DNA of 64,000 nucleotides, from assembly GCA_031459385.1 (NCBI GenBank), contig JAVKIP010000009.1, positions 1-64,000 on the forward strand. Direction: 5' to 3'. This stretch comes from Candidatus Fervidifonticultor secundus (GTDB lineage Bacteria > Sysuimicrobiota > Sysuimicrobiia > Sysuimicrobiales > Humicultoraceae). Shown here piece after piece: positions 20,915-30,571 of the stretch (positions are counted from its first letter, which is position 1; every line of letters begins with the position of its first letter). The position numbers were made by a program, and so were the translations under genes. The notes beneath the pieces were generated by a model that worked only from the letters and a program-made list of their open reading frames with translations, was not told the DNA's origin and searched no databases.

Positions 20915-22224
20915 CCCTCCACCGCCTCCTGCAGCAGGTCGAGCCACCGCCGGTAGAACCCCCGGGCGTTGGCCTCGCTGTACTTGCCCTCGTACACCTC
21001 GCCGGGGCCGGGGAACGCCGCCGTGGGCCGGGCGTCCTTGCCCATCTCGTAGATGAAGCTCAGGCGTCCCGCCACCGCCCCGCGGCTGTTGCGCGTGATC
21101 TGCGTCCAGTTCTCGGTGTCGTCCTGCGAGAACACCCCCGAGGGCCCGAACGTCAGGACGTAGGCCTGCCGCGACAGCTCTTTCCACGCCGGGGGCGCGG
21201 CGCGCTCGACCAGCAGCCACGAGAGGACCTCGATGCGGTCGGGCGCCAGCGGCTGCCACTGGTAGAGCTCGGTGTGCGAGATCAGCTGGCCCTTCAGGGT
21301 GACCGCCGAGATCAGGAACGACAGGTTGGGGAAGACGGTGCCGGGCATGTTGGCCAGCGTGCGCAGCAGTGCCAGCTGCTCGGGCTGCAGCCGGCGCCCG
21401 TACTCGGGCAGCAGTTCCTCGGGGAAGATGCACCGGGCCGCCGGCGTGCCCACCATGACGCCGTGTCCGCGCCCGGCGTAGACGTGGTAGCCGTCCTTGG
21501 CCCACCGCGCCGTGGGCGTCAGGCCGATCTCCGCAGTCGAGGCGTGGGTATGGAGCGTGTGGTAGGCGTCGGAGGCGAAGTTCTCGGCCGGCAGCTTCCA
21601 GTTGCTGGCCAGCTCGTGCCGCCACGGCGGCCCCACCACCTCCATCTCGGCCCGCCCGGCCAGCAGGTCGAGGTACCACGCCATGGCACCCAGGTAGTCG
21701 CGCAGCGGCTCCGCCCGCTCGCTCCACGTGGCGAAGACCAGGCCCTGGTAGCTCTCGGTGCGCGCCGCCAGCAGCCCGAACCGCTCGCGCGCGATCGCCT
21801 CGCCGTAGATCTCCTTCTGGAAGGGGATGCCGATCAGCTCCCCGGTGTTCTTGTAGGTGAAGCCGTGGTAGGGGCACCGGAAGTGCGAGGCGTTGCCCAG
21901 ATCGGCCCGGCAGATGCGCATGCCGCGGTGCCGACAAACGTTGAGCAGGACCCGCACGCGGCCGTCCTCGCCGCGGACCATGATGACCGGGTGCTCGCCC
22001 ATGCGCCGGGTCACGTAGTCGCCGGGGGCGGGCACCTCGGTCTCGTGGCCCACGAACAGCCAGCACCGCGCGAAGATCGCGTCCATCTCCAGGCGGAACA
22101 GGTCGGGGTCGGTGAAGATGAACGCGGGGATCTCGCCCCGCTCGGGGTGGACGCCGGTCAGGCGGTCGAGCGACCGCCGCGCCGACCTGGTCGTGACCGA
22201 CATGCCTATCGCCTCCCCGGACAT
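20911..22224 (-). CDS. Rieske aromatic ring-hydroxylating dioxygenase alpha subunit
   Basis: Rieske motifs CRHRG and CPYHG; mononuclear Fe motif NWK..AENF.SD.YH...TH; QDD.ENW. Confidence 0.95.
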   Translation of the reverse strand: MSGEAIGMSVTTRSARRSLDRLTGVHPERGEIPAFIFTDPDLFRLEMDAIFARCWLFVGHETEVPAPGDYVTRRMGEHPVIMVRGEDGRVRVLLNVCRHRGMRICRADLGNASHFRCPYHGFTYKNTGELIGIPFQKEIYGEAIARERFGLLAARTESYQGLVFATWSERAEPLRDYLGAMAWYLDLLAGRAEMEVVGPPWRHELASNWKLPAENFASDAYHTLHTHASTAEIGLTPTARWAKDGYHVYAGRGHGVMVGTPAARCIFPEELLPEYGRRLQPEQLALLRTLANMPGTVFPNLSFLISAVTLKGQLISHTELYQWQPLAPDRIEVLSWLLVERAAPPAWKELSRQAYVLTFGPSGVFSQDDTENWTQITRNSRGAVAGRLSFIYEMGKDARPTAAFPGPGEVYEGKYSEANARGFYRRWLDLLQEAVEG

Positions 22225-22244
22225 GCGCGCCGCGCGCCCGTCGC

Positions 22245-23486
22245 TCAGGAGAGCCCCCAGACACGCTCGATCACCAGGCAGAACGCCCGGCTGGCCCCGA
22301 CGACGTGCTCGACCTCGACGCGCTCGTCTGGAATGCTCAGGTACTTGCCCCCGGGCCCGTACAGCACCCCTGGGATCCCTGCCGCAGCCATGTGCGCCGA
22401 ATCCGCACCTGCATACTTCGTCGGCGCCAGGGCTCCTACCCTCGGCGCGTCCCCAAACACCGCCCGGTGTGCGTCCATCATGGCACCCACGACGGGGTGG
22501 TCGAGCGGTACGTGAAACGGTGGGAAGAAGTCGCGGCCCTCGACCAGGCCCACGTCGGCGCGCAGGTCGGGATCGTCGCGCCGGAGACGCTCGATGAGTC
22601 GGCGCAGGTCGGCCAGAACGGTCTCGGGCGTCTGGCCTGGTGTGACCCGGATGTCCAGGATCATCTCGCAGTAGTCGGGCACCAGCGCCGGCCGCCAGGC
22701 CAGGATCTCCGGGGTGATCCCGCCGCGGATCACGCCCAGGTTGTACCGCGGCAGCCCGTCATAATCTGGATGCGGGGTGAACGTCAGCCAGCCGTCCGGC
22801 GGGATCGGCTCGTACGAAGGCCCCAGGGCCCGGGCGATCGCCATCGCTTTCTCGATGGCGTGGATCTTCCTGCCGGCTCTGGTGGTGTAGTGGCGCATCT
22901 CGCCGTGGACGACGACCCGCGCCTGTACCACGCCGGCGTGCATCGTCAACACCCCGAGTTCAGTGGGCTCGGCGAGCAAAAACATGTCGGCCCGCAGGCC
23001 GGCGCGGAGGGCCGCCTGCGTGCCCAGACCACCCTGCAGCTCGCCCACGACGAACGCGATCTTCAGGTCGCCCCGGGGTCGCAGCCCGGCGCGCAGCGCC
23101 GCCTCCACCGCCGCCAGCATCGCGGCGTTGCCAGCCTTCATGTTGGCCGCGCCCAGACCGTAGAGGAACTCGCCGTCGACATCTGCGCCGAACGGGTCGC
23201 GTGTCCATCCGTCGCACACCATGTTGTGGTCGGTATGGCCGTTGAACAGGACGGACGGAGCGGAGGGGTCGGTGCCCCGCACGAGACCCAGCACGTTGGG
23301 ACGGTCCGGCGCGACCAGCTGCTCTTTGACCTCGTCGAAGCCCATCGCCTCCATCGTCTCGGCCAGCCAGTGGGCCACGGCCTGTTCCTGCCCGGTGAAG
23401 CTCGGGATGCGGATCATGCTCCGGGCGAGGTCGATGACACGCTCCGGGCGCAGGGCGGCCGCGATCGGGTGGCTCACGGGCGCCAC
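22245..23486 (-). CDS. M20 family metallo-amidohydrolase (ArgE/DapE-like deacylase)
   Basis: LFNGHTD, LYGLGAANMKAG, VGELQGG.G, AEPT, YGPG; metal-ligand positions partly divergent. Confidence 0.8.
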   Translation of the reverse strand: MAPVSHPIAAALRPERVIDLARSMIRIPSFTGQEQAVAHWLAETMEAMGFDEVKEQLVAPDRPNVLGLVRGTDPSAPSVLFNGHTDHNMVCDGWTRDPFGADVDGEFLYGLGAANMKAGNAAMLAAVEAALRAGLRPRGDLKIAFVVGELQGGLGTQAALRAGLRADMFLLAEPTELGVLTMHAGVVQARVVVHGEMRHYTTRAGRKIHAIEKAMAIARALGPSYEPIPPDGWLTFTPHPDYDGLPRYNLGVIRGGITPEILAWRPALVPDYCEMILDIRVTPGQTPETVLADLRRLIERLRRDDPDLRADVGLVEGRDFFPPFHVPLDHPVVGAMMDAHRAVFGDAPRVGALAPTKYAGADSAHMAAAGIPGVLYGPGGKYLSIPDERVEVEHVVGASRAFCLVIERVWGLS

Positions 23487-23487
23487 C

Positions 23488-25074
23488 TCACCGGACCGCC
23501 GACACGCCGCGGACGTCGATCAGCCCCGCCGAGGAGGGGATGAAGCGGATGCCGCGGACATAGGACCGCCAGGCGACCGCTTCGCGCCGCTCGGTCAGGA
23601 ACAACCAGGGGGCGTCCTCCATCACCAGCTCTTGCACGCGATGGTAGACTGCTGTGCGCGCGGCCGGATCCATCGTGGCGGCGCCGCGGTCCAGCAGCTC
23701 GTCGACCTGCGGGTTACGGTAGAACGCGATGTTGTTGCCGCGCGGCGGCCACGACTGCGAGTGCAGCACCGGCCGCAGGCCGGTGTCGGGGTCAGCGGTG
23801 CCCCAGCCGGCCATCACCATCTCAATGCGCGACTCCTCGGGGCCGCGGCGGGCCTCGGCCAGGTAGAACCCGAACTCCACCTCCTGTACGCGCACGTCCA
23901 CACCCACGCCACGGAAGGCCGAGGCGATCACCTGCGCCATGGCCGCGCCCCCCGCGAAGCGCCCGACCGGTACCCACAACGTCCCGGCCAGGCGCTGCCC
24001 GTCCTTCTGGCGCACGCCATCGGATCCGACCCTCCACCCCGCCTGGTCCAGCAACTGCCTGGCCAGGCCCGGATCGTACTGGTAGACCTTGACGCTCTTG
24101 TGGGCGCGGTAGGCCGACCCGATCGGCGAGTCAGCCGGTCTGCCCACCCCGAAGACCACCTTGTCGATGATCGTCTGCTTGTCCACCAGATGATTGAGCG
24201 CGCGCCGGACCTGGGCGTCGGCGAACGCCGGCTTCCGGGTGTTCATGGCGATGTATGTCCACGACGTGGCGGGCTTCACGGCGACCTCGATCCCCCGCAT
24301 GGCGCCCAGCCGCTGGATCTCCTGAATCGGCACCTGGGTGATGAGATCCACCTCACCGCCCTCCAGTTGCGCCACCCGTGTCGAGGGCGTCGGGGAGGCC
24401 CGCACGATGAGGCGGTCGATTGTGGGCGGGCCGCCCCAGTGGTCGCGATGCGCCTCCAGCACCAGGTCGCCGTCGGGCTGCCAGCTGACGAACTTGAACG
24501 GCCCGGTCCCCACGGGCGCGAAGTCGCGAGGATCCCGCGCCCGCTGCAGGGCCTGCGGGCTAATGATGGCGCCGAGGCCAGAGTCTGCGATGTTGTTGAG
24601 CAGCGCGGCGAGCGGCTGGTCGCCGGTGAGCTCCACCGTGTACTCGTCGACCTTCCGCGCGCCCTTCACTCCCGCCCACGCGAAGGACCCCGCCGGCAGC
24701 CGCAGTTGCGGATTGATGGCGCGGGTGACATTAAACACCACGGCGTCGGCGTTGAAGGGCGTGCCGTCGTGGAAGCGGACCCCCTGGCGCAGTCTGAACG
24801 TCCAGACGCGGCCATCGCGCGACGGCGTCCAGGACAGGGCCAGACCTGGCCGGATGTTCAACTGGTCGTCGTGCTCCACCAGGCGGTCGAAGATGTTGCG
24901 GCCGACTGCCATACCCGTGGCCAGCGAGAACGAGGCGCTGGGGTCCAGGCGGTCGATGGGCACGTGCAGCGCCCACGTCACGGTGCCCCCGCCCACGGGC
25001 CCGCCGGGTGCCGGACGCCCCGGGCCAAGCGCCAGCAGCAGCATGAGCGCTACTAACCGATGCAGACGCGTCAT
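23488..25074 (-). CDS. ABC transporter substrate-binding protein, family 5 (Dpp/Opp/Nik)
   Basis: Signal peptide; IFDRLV, LALSW, WTFRLRQGVRFHDGTPFNA, PVGTGPFKF, VRRAL...VD; GGAGGAG RBS. Confidence 0.9.
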   Translation of the reverse strand: MTRLHRLVALMLLLALGPGRPAPGGPVGGGTVTWALHVPIDRLDPSASFSLATGMAVGRNIFDRLVEHDDQLNIRPGLALSWTPSRDGRVWTFRLRQGVRFHDGTPFNADAVVFNVTRAINPQLRLPAGSFAWAGVKGARKVDEYTVELTGDQPLAALLNNIADSGLGAIISPQALQRARDPRDFAPVGTGPFKFVSWQPDGDLVLEAHRDHWGGPPTIDRLIVRASPTPSTRVAQLEGGEVDLITQVPIQEIQRLGAMRGIEVAVKPATSWTYIAMNTRKPAFADAQVRRALNHLVDKQTIIDKVVFGVGRPADSPIGSAYRAHKSVKVYQYDPGLARQLLDQAGWRVGSDGVRQKDGQRLAGTLWVPVGRFAGGAAMAQVIASAFRGVGVDVRVQEVEFGFYLAEARRGPEESRIEMVMAGWGTADPDTGLRPVLHSQSWPPRGNNIAFYRNPQVDELLDRGAATMDPAARTAVYHRVQELVMEDAPWLFLTERREAVAWRSYVRGIRFIPSSAGLIDVRGVSAVR

Positions 25075-25093
25075 CGTAGCTCCTCCCCCGAAG

Positions 25094-26017
25094 TTATCCC
25101 GCGGCGCGTTGCGCGCGGACCCGCGGGTCGAGCGCATCGGCCAATGCATCGCCGGCCAGGTTGACGCTGAGGACTACCAGCAGAATCGCCAGCCCCGGCG
25201 CCATCGCGATGTGCGGCGCGCGGCGCAGGAACTCCTGCCCCTGGCTGAGCATCGCCCCCCATTCGGGCGTGGCGGGATCACCGCCCAGGCCGAGGAAGCC
25301 CAGTCCGGCAACCGTCACGATCGTCACGCCCAGGCGCAGCATCGCCGCGACGACGATTGGCGCCAGGCACCCGGGCAGAATGTGCTGCGCGACGATCCGA
25401 GGGCCGCTGGCGCCGAGCGCGCGCGCGGCTTCGACGAACTCCCGCTCGCGCAGCCCGAGCGCGACGCCGCGCACGAGGCGGGCAAAGACCGGCGTCGAGG
25501 CAACGCCGACGGCCAGGACCACGTTGCGGATGCCCGGACCGAGGACCGCGACCGCCAGGATCGCCAGCAGCGCTCCAGGAAACGACATGAGCACCTCCGT
25601 GGCCCCCATCAGCACCTCGTCGGCGGCACCCCGCGCGGTGCCCGCAACGAGGCCAACGGGTACCCCCACGAGCAGTCCCAGCCCCAGGGCGCCCGCGGCG
25701 GTCAGCAGTGAGACGCGTGCACCGTAGACTATCCGGACGAGCAGGTCGCGGCCGAGGTGGTCGGTACCCAGGGGATGCCGCAGGCCGGGCGACAGGAACG
25801 CCTCCTCCAGATGCGGCGCACCCGGATCGCCGGACAGCAGCAGCGGCCCCAGCACCGCCGCCAGCGTGATGACCGCCAGCAGCCCGAAGCCGGCCGTGCC
25901 GGCCCGGTCGCGGCGTACCTGCTGCCAGAACCGCCGGGCCGGCAGCTCGGCGGCCGCGGGCAGCATGTGCGCGCTTCCGCGGCGCGCGGAACTCACCGGA
26001 TCCGGGGATCCAACCAT
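25094..26017 (-). CDS. Dipeptide-type ABC permease (DppC-like)
   Basis: HPLGTDHLGRDLL.R..YGAR.SL, EFVEAARALGA, HILP, GLGFLGLG, PEWGAML. Confidence 0.9.
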   Translation of the reverse strand: MVGSPDPVSSARRGSAHMLPAAAELPARRFWQQVRRDRAGTAGFGLLAVITLAAVLGPLLLSGDPGAPHLEEAFLSPGLRHPLGTDHLGRDLLVRIVYGARVSLLTAAGALGLGLLVGVPVGLVAGTARGAADEVLMGATEVLMSFPGALLAILAVAVLGPGIRNVVLAVGVASTPVFARLVRGVALGLREREFVEAARALGASGPRIVAQHILPGCLAPIVVAAMLRLGVTIVTVAGLGFLGLGGDPATPEWGAMLSQGQEFLRRAPHIAMAPGLAILLVVLSVNLAGDALADALDPRVRAQRAAG

Positions 26018-26907
26018 CGGTATGTCATGTCCACTGCGAAGTTCACCGCCACGTAGGTCGCCGCGAGCACCAGCACCGCCCCCTGCACCACGGGATAGTC
26101 ACGGTGCCCGATGGCCTGGATCAGATACCGACCGAGCCCGGGCCACGCGAAGACCGCCTCAGCGAAGACCGACGCACCCAGCATCGCCCCGAACTGCAGG
26201 CCTACGATCGTGACCGCGGTAATGAGCGCGGGCCGCAGGGCATGGCGCAGGATGACGTGACCCTCGGGCAGTCCCTTGGCCCGCGCCGTGCGCACGTAGT
26301 CCTCCGCCAGCACCTCCAGCAGGCTGGTCCGGAGCAGGCGGGCGATCGTCGCCACGGGAAACACGCCGAGGCTAACCGCGGGGAGAATCAGGTGCCGCCA
26401 GCTGTGGGCGCCCGAGACGGGCAGCCAGCCGAGCTGCACTGCCACGGTCAACTGCAGGAGGACTCCCACCAGGAACGTCGGCGCCGAGGTGCCGAGTAGC
26501 GCCACGACGACGCTGAGCCTGTCCGGCCAGCGGCCCTGGCGTGTGGCCGCCAGCACGCCCAGGGGCATGCCGACGGTCACGCTGAACACGATCGCCGCCC
26601 CACCCAGTGCGAGCGTCAGCGGGTACCGTCGCCTCAACTCTTCGGCCACCGGCCGGCCCGTACGCGTCGACGTACCCAGGTCGCCTGCCAACGCCCGTCG
26701 GACGAACAGGCCATACTGCGTCCACAGGGGTCGGTCGAGCCCGAACGCGCGGCGGGCGGCTTCGATCTGCTCACGGGTCGCCTCCTCGCCGGTGACGATC
26801 GCCGCCGGGTCACCCGGGATCAGCCGCATGCTGAAGAAGACGGCCAGCGAGACACCGAGCAGGACCGCAACGGTGCGCGCCAGTCGGGCTGCCAGGATCA
26901 GTGCCAT
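25993..26907 (-). CDS. Dipeptide-type ABC permease (DppB-like)
   Basis: PGDPA, GLDRPL..QY, GDLGTS, HLILPA, EDYVRTARAKGL, E.VFAWPGLG, RDYPVVQG, LDPRI. Confidence 0.9.
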   Translation of the reverse strand: MALILAARLARTVAVLLGVSLAVFFSMRLIPGDPAAIVTGEEATREQIEAARRAFGLDRPLWTQYGLFVRRALAGDLGTSTRTGRPVAEELRRRYPLTLALGGAAIVFSVTVGMPLGVLAATRQGRWPDRLSVVVALLGTSAPTFLVGVLLQLTVAVQLGWLPVSGAHSWRHLILPAVSLGVFPVATIARLLRTSLLEVLAEDYVRTARAKGLPEGHVILRHALRPALITAVTIVGLQFGAMLGASVFAEAVFAWPGLGRYLIQAIGHRDYPVVQGAVLVLAATYVAVNFAVDMTYRWLDPRIR

Positions 26908-26942
26908 GGGTGTCGTCTGCGCCGCGTCTCGCCGGGATCGGC

Positions 26943-27947
26943 TTACGTCCCGAACAGCTCCAGCACCCGCCGCGTCTGGTGCGCGGCGGCCGGCCGCAGC
27001 AGCGGGATCTGGACCCCGGCGTCGCGGTAGGCCTGCACGCGCCGCGAGACCTCGTCGGGGGTGCCGCTGGCCGTCATCCCTTCCACGTACGAGTCGGGGA
27101 TGGCGCGGATCAGGGCGTCCATGCCGCCCTCCCGGTAAGCGGCCTCGAACCGCGGGATGTCCTCGGCGCGGACGTAGGGCTCGCCGACCCGCATCTTCGG
27201 GCCGGCGATGAACGGCAGCTGGACGGGATCGAACTTCGTCGCCACCTCCCACCGGATGGCGTCCAGGGCGCTGCGGTGGTCGTCCTCCACCGAGACGTTG
27301 ATGATCTGGGCCACGACGAACGCCGCCGGGTCGCGCCCCGCCCGCTGCGCCGCTTCCCGAACGATGCGCAGGGCGTTGCGGGTGTACTCGGGCGAACAGA
27401 CGGCGTTCAGGACGACGCCGTCGCCGATCTCGCCGGCCAGCCGCAGGCCGGTGCGGCTCGTGGCCGGGATGTAGATGGGGATCGCCCGGCGGGGCGGCGT
27501 CCACCCCAGGCCCACGTTGCGCAACGTCACGTAGGTGCCGTCGTACGAGATCCGCTCGCCGGTGAGGAGCAGGCGGATCGCCTCGACCCATTCCCGGAGG
27601 CTTTGCGCCGGATCGGCCTCGGGCAGCGCGTGGACGCGGGCGTGGCTGCGGGTGCAGGCGCCCGGCGCGATGGTCATGCGGCCGCCGGTCAGCTCGTCGA
27701 GGCTGGCCGCGGTCTGCGCCATGACCACCGGGCTGCGCAGGCGCACGATCTGGGTCGTGCCCAGCACCAGGCGCCGGGTGGCCAGCCCGATGGCCGCCAG
27801 AGCGGTGACCGAGTCGCGCATCAGCTCGATCGTCTCCGAGAAGAAGCCCATCTCGAAGCCGCGCTCCTCGGCCTCGCGCATCAGGCGCGCCATCTCGTGC
27901 ACGTCCGTGAACCTGCCGTACCCCAACGCGAACCCCACCCGTCCCAT
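26943..27947 (-). CDS. LLM class flavin-dependent oxidoreductase (luciferase-like / Mer-like)
   Basis: AEERGFE....SE, LAAIGLAT.RL.LGT, P..MAQ.AASLDELTGGR, IPIYI.A......LAGEIGDGV, GTPDEV. Confidence 0.85.
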   Translation of the reverse strand: MGRVGFALGYGRFTDVHEMARLMREAEERGFEMGFFSETIELMRDSVTALAAIGLATRRLVLGTTQIVRLRSPVVMAQTAASLDELTGGRMTIAPGACTRSHARVHALPEADPAQSLREWVEAIRLLLTGERISYDGTYVTLRNVGLGWTPPRRAIPIYIPATSRTGLRLAGEIGDGVVLNAVCSPEYTRNALRIVREAAQRAGRDPAAFVVAQIINVSVEDDHRSALDAIRWEVATKFDPVQLPFIAGPKMRVGEPYVRAEDIPRFEAAYREGGMDALIRAIPDSYVEGMTASGTPDEVSRRVQAYRDAGVQIPLLRPAAAHQTRRVLELFGT

Positions 27948-27971
27948 GCCTCGCTCCTCTCGCCGGCGGCC

Positions 27972-28739
27972 TCAGCTCAGGCTCAGGCCGCCGTCCACGA
28001 TCAGGGTCTGGCCGGTGATGAAGTCGCCGCCGGTGACCAGGCCGACGATGGCGCGGGCGACCTCGTCTGGCGACGCGACGCGGCCCAGCGGGTACGCCGC
28101 CGCCGCGGCGGCCACGACCTCCGGGTAGCGGTCGCCGAAGTGCCCCTGCATCCACCGCGTGTCAGTGAAGGCCGGCGCCACGGCGTTGACGCGCACGCGC
28201 GGTGCCAGCGCCACCGCCAGGCCGCGCGTCAGGTAGATCAGCGCGGCCTTGGCCGCGCCGTACGCCAGCGACGACATCGTCCGGGGCGCCAGCACACCCG
28301 AGATCGACGCCACGTTGACCACCATGCCCCCGGTGGCCGCCAGCAGCGGCGCCGCCGCTCGGGTGCACCGAAATGCGCCCTTGAGGTTGACGTCGAGGAT
28401 CTCGTCCCAGACCTGGTCGGTGAGGGCGTCGAGGTCGGTCAGCGGGATCCAGCGCGTGGTCCCGGCGTTGTTCACCAGCACGTCGAGGCGGCCGAAGCGC
28501 GCCTCGACCTGCGCTACCATGCCCCGTACCTCGTCGTCGCGGCGCACGTCAGCCTGGACCCCCAACGCCTCCACGCCGCGCGCCTCCACCTCCGCCGCCA
28601 GCGCCTCCGCCTCGGCGAGGGTCGTGCGGTAGTTGATGGCCACCCCGCGCACCCCGGCCTGGGCCAGGGCCAGGACCGTCGCCCGGCCGATGCCGGTCGC
28701 CCCGCCCGTAACCAGCGCGATGCGTCCCTGCAGGTCCAT
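27972..28739 (-). CDS. SDR family oxidoreductase
   Basis: TGGATGIG, LVNNAG, YGAAK, VRVNAVAP, FITGQTLIVDGG. Confidence 0.9.
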   Translation of the reverse strand: MDLQGRIALVTGGATGIGRATVLALAQAGVRGVAINYRTTLAEAEALAAEVEARGVEALGVQADVRRDDEVRGMVAQVEARFGRLDVLVNNAGTTRWIPLTDLDALTDQVWDEILDVNLKGAFRCTRAAAPLLAATGGMVVNVASISGVLAPRTMSSLAYGAAKAALIYLTRGLAVALAPRVRVNAVAPAFTDTRWMQGHFGDRYPEVVAAAAAAYPLGRVASPDEVARAIVGLVTGGDFITGQTLIVDGGLSLS

Positions 28740-28757
28740 CCGGCTCCTCCCCTCGGG

Positions 28758-30536
28758 TCAGGTCTCGCCGCCGGGCGCCGCCCCCGCGCGGGCCGCCTCC
28801 GCAGCCTCCGCGGCCCGCCGCGCCCGCAGCGCCGCCGTCGCTGCCGCGTCGATCTCCCACTGCTCGGGCAGCCGCACCAGCTCGTCGGGCTGGCCGGTAA
28901 AGCGCACCACCACCCCGTAGTCGCGCGCGGCGGCCTCGGGCGTCACGTAGCCGTAGACGACGTCGTGCAGCACGCGCTCGGGCTCGCGCTCGAACGGGTC
29001 GCCGTAGCCGCCGCCGCCGGGGGTGTTCAGGTGCACGACCTGCCCCGGGGTCAGGTCGATCTGCGCTTTGGGGTTCGGCCGCTCGCCGCTCTCCAGCACC
29101 ACCTCGCCCGGGGCGCCGGCGCCCCCACCCCGCAGGCCAGGTGCTGGAAAGCGCGTGCGGTCCACGATGCCCGAGACGCTCCACCGCCCGCCGGCGCGGC
29201 TGGCGAACGCCGTGAGCTGCCCCAGCCCGCCACGCCAGCGCCCCGGGCCGCCCGAGTCGGGACGCAGCGCGCGGTGGCGCAGGACCAGCGGCGTCAGGCT
29301 CTCCACGACCTCGGCCGGCACGCCGGCCACGCCGCTGGGGAAGCCCACGGCGCTCAGACCGTCCTTGGTGGGCCGGGCGCCGGTCCCGCCCACCTGGAAC
29401 ATCGTGAACGTGAACGGGGGCTCCTCGCCCTGCCAGACGGTGAGCCAGATGGCGTCCGCCCCGGGCGCCAGCAGCCGCCCCGGCAGCGCGCCGGCCAGCG
29501 CGGCGAAGATCGCCGTCGGCAGCATGTGCCCGATGGCGTGCCGGCTGGCGACCGGCGCCGGTGGGATCGCGTTGAGGATCGAGCCCGCCGGCGCGCTGAC
29601 GTGCACCGGCCGGAAGCCGCCGTCGTTGTGGGGCACGTCGGGGTAGATGGCGGCCTTCAGCGCGAAGGAGGCATAGGCGTGGGTGTAGTTCAGCACCACG
29701 TTGATACCCCGCGGGCTCTGCGGCGACGACCCTGCGAAGTCGATGAAGACCTCGTCGCCGGCGATGCGCACCCTGCAGCGGATCACGATCGGCTCCTCGA
29801 ACCCGTCGCCCCACGTCTCGCTGGTCCACTCGCCGTCGGGCAGCGCGCGGATGCACGCGCGCACCGCCGCCTCGGAGCGGCGCAGGATCTCCCCGGCGAC
29901 CGCGTCGAGGTCGGCCAGACCGAACTCGTCCATGAGCTCAACTAGCGCCCGGGCGCCGGTGTCGTTGCACGCGGCCTGTGCGTGGAGGTCGCCGATCACC
30001 TCGTCCGGCAGGCGGACGTTGGCGCGCACCAGCGCCAGCAGCGTCTCGTTGGGCCGCCCGCGGTCGTAGAGCTTGAGTACCGGCAGCAGGAGGCCTTCCT
30101 CGTAGACCTCGCGGGCCTGGGCCGACAGCAACCGGCCCCCGATATCGGCGGCGTGGCAGGTGTTGGCGAACAGGCCCACGAGCCGGCCCGCGCGGAACAC
30201 GGGCGTCGCGATGGTGATGTCGTTGACCTGGCCGGCGGTCATCCACGGGTCGTTGGTGATCAGCACGTCGCCCGAACCGAGGGTCTCGGGCGGGTAGGCC
30301 GCCAGGAAGTGGCGCATCGCTGTGGCCATGGCGTTGATGTGCCCCGGGGTCCCGCTGACGGACTGGGCGACCATGCGGCCCTGCGGGTCGAAGAAGCCGC
30401 AGGCCAGGTCCTGGCTCTCGCGCACCACCGTAGAGAACGCGGTGCGCATCAACGCGTCCTGCTGCTCGGTCACCACCGCCAGCAGCCGGTTCCAGACGAC
30501 TTCGAGGGTGACGGGGTCGATGGCGCGGTCAGGCAT
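28758..30536 (-). CDS. Hydantoinase B / 5-oxoprolinase family subunit
   Basis: DPVTLEV, L.RTAFS.VVRE..D, GDVLITNDPW, H.ADIGG, EEGL, IDF.GSS.Q, PDSGG.GR.RGG.G, TPGGGGYGDP.ER. Confidence 0.92.
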   Translation of the reverse strand: MPDRAIDPVTLEVVWNRLLAVVTEQQDALMRTAFSTVVRESQDLACGFFDPQGRMVAQSVSGTPGHINAMATAMRHFLAAYPPETLGSGDVLITNDPWMTAGQVNDITIATPVFRAGRLVGLFANTCHAADIGGRLLSAQAREVYEEGLLLPVLKLYDRGRPNETLLALVRANVRLPDEVIGDLHAQAACNDTGARALVELMDEFGLADLDAVAGEILRRSEAAVRACIRALPDGEWTSETWGDGFEEPIVIRCRVRIAGDEVFIDFAGSSPQSPRGINVVLNYTHAYASFALKAAIYPDVPHNDGGFRPVHVSAPAGSILNAIPPAPVASRHAIGHMLPTAIFAALAGALPGRLLAPGADAIWLTVWQGEEPPFTFTMFQVGGTGARPTKDGLSAVGFPSGVAGVPAEVVESLTPLVLRHRALRPDSGGPGRWRGGLGQLTAFASRAGGRWSVSGIVDRTRFPAPGLRGGGAGAPGEVVLESGERPNPKAQIDLTPGQVVHLNTPGGGGYGDPFEREPERVLHDVVYGYVTPEAAARDYGVVVRFTGQPDELVRLPEQWEIDAAATAALRARRAAEAAEAARAGAAPGGET

Positions 30537-30571
30537 CGGCGGCCTCGCGGGCGACACAGGTGGTCGCGGGG

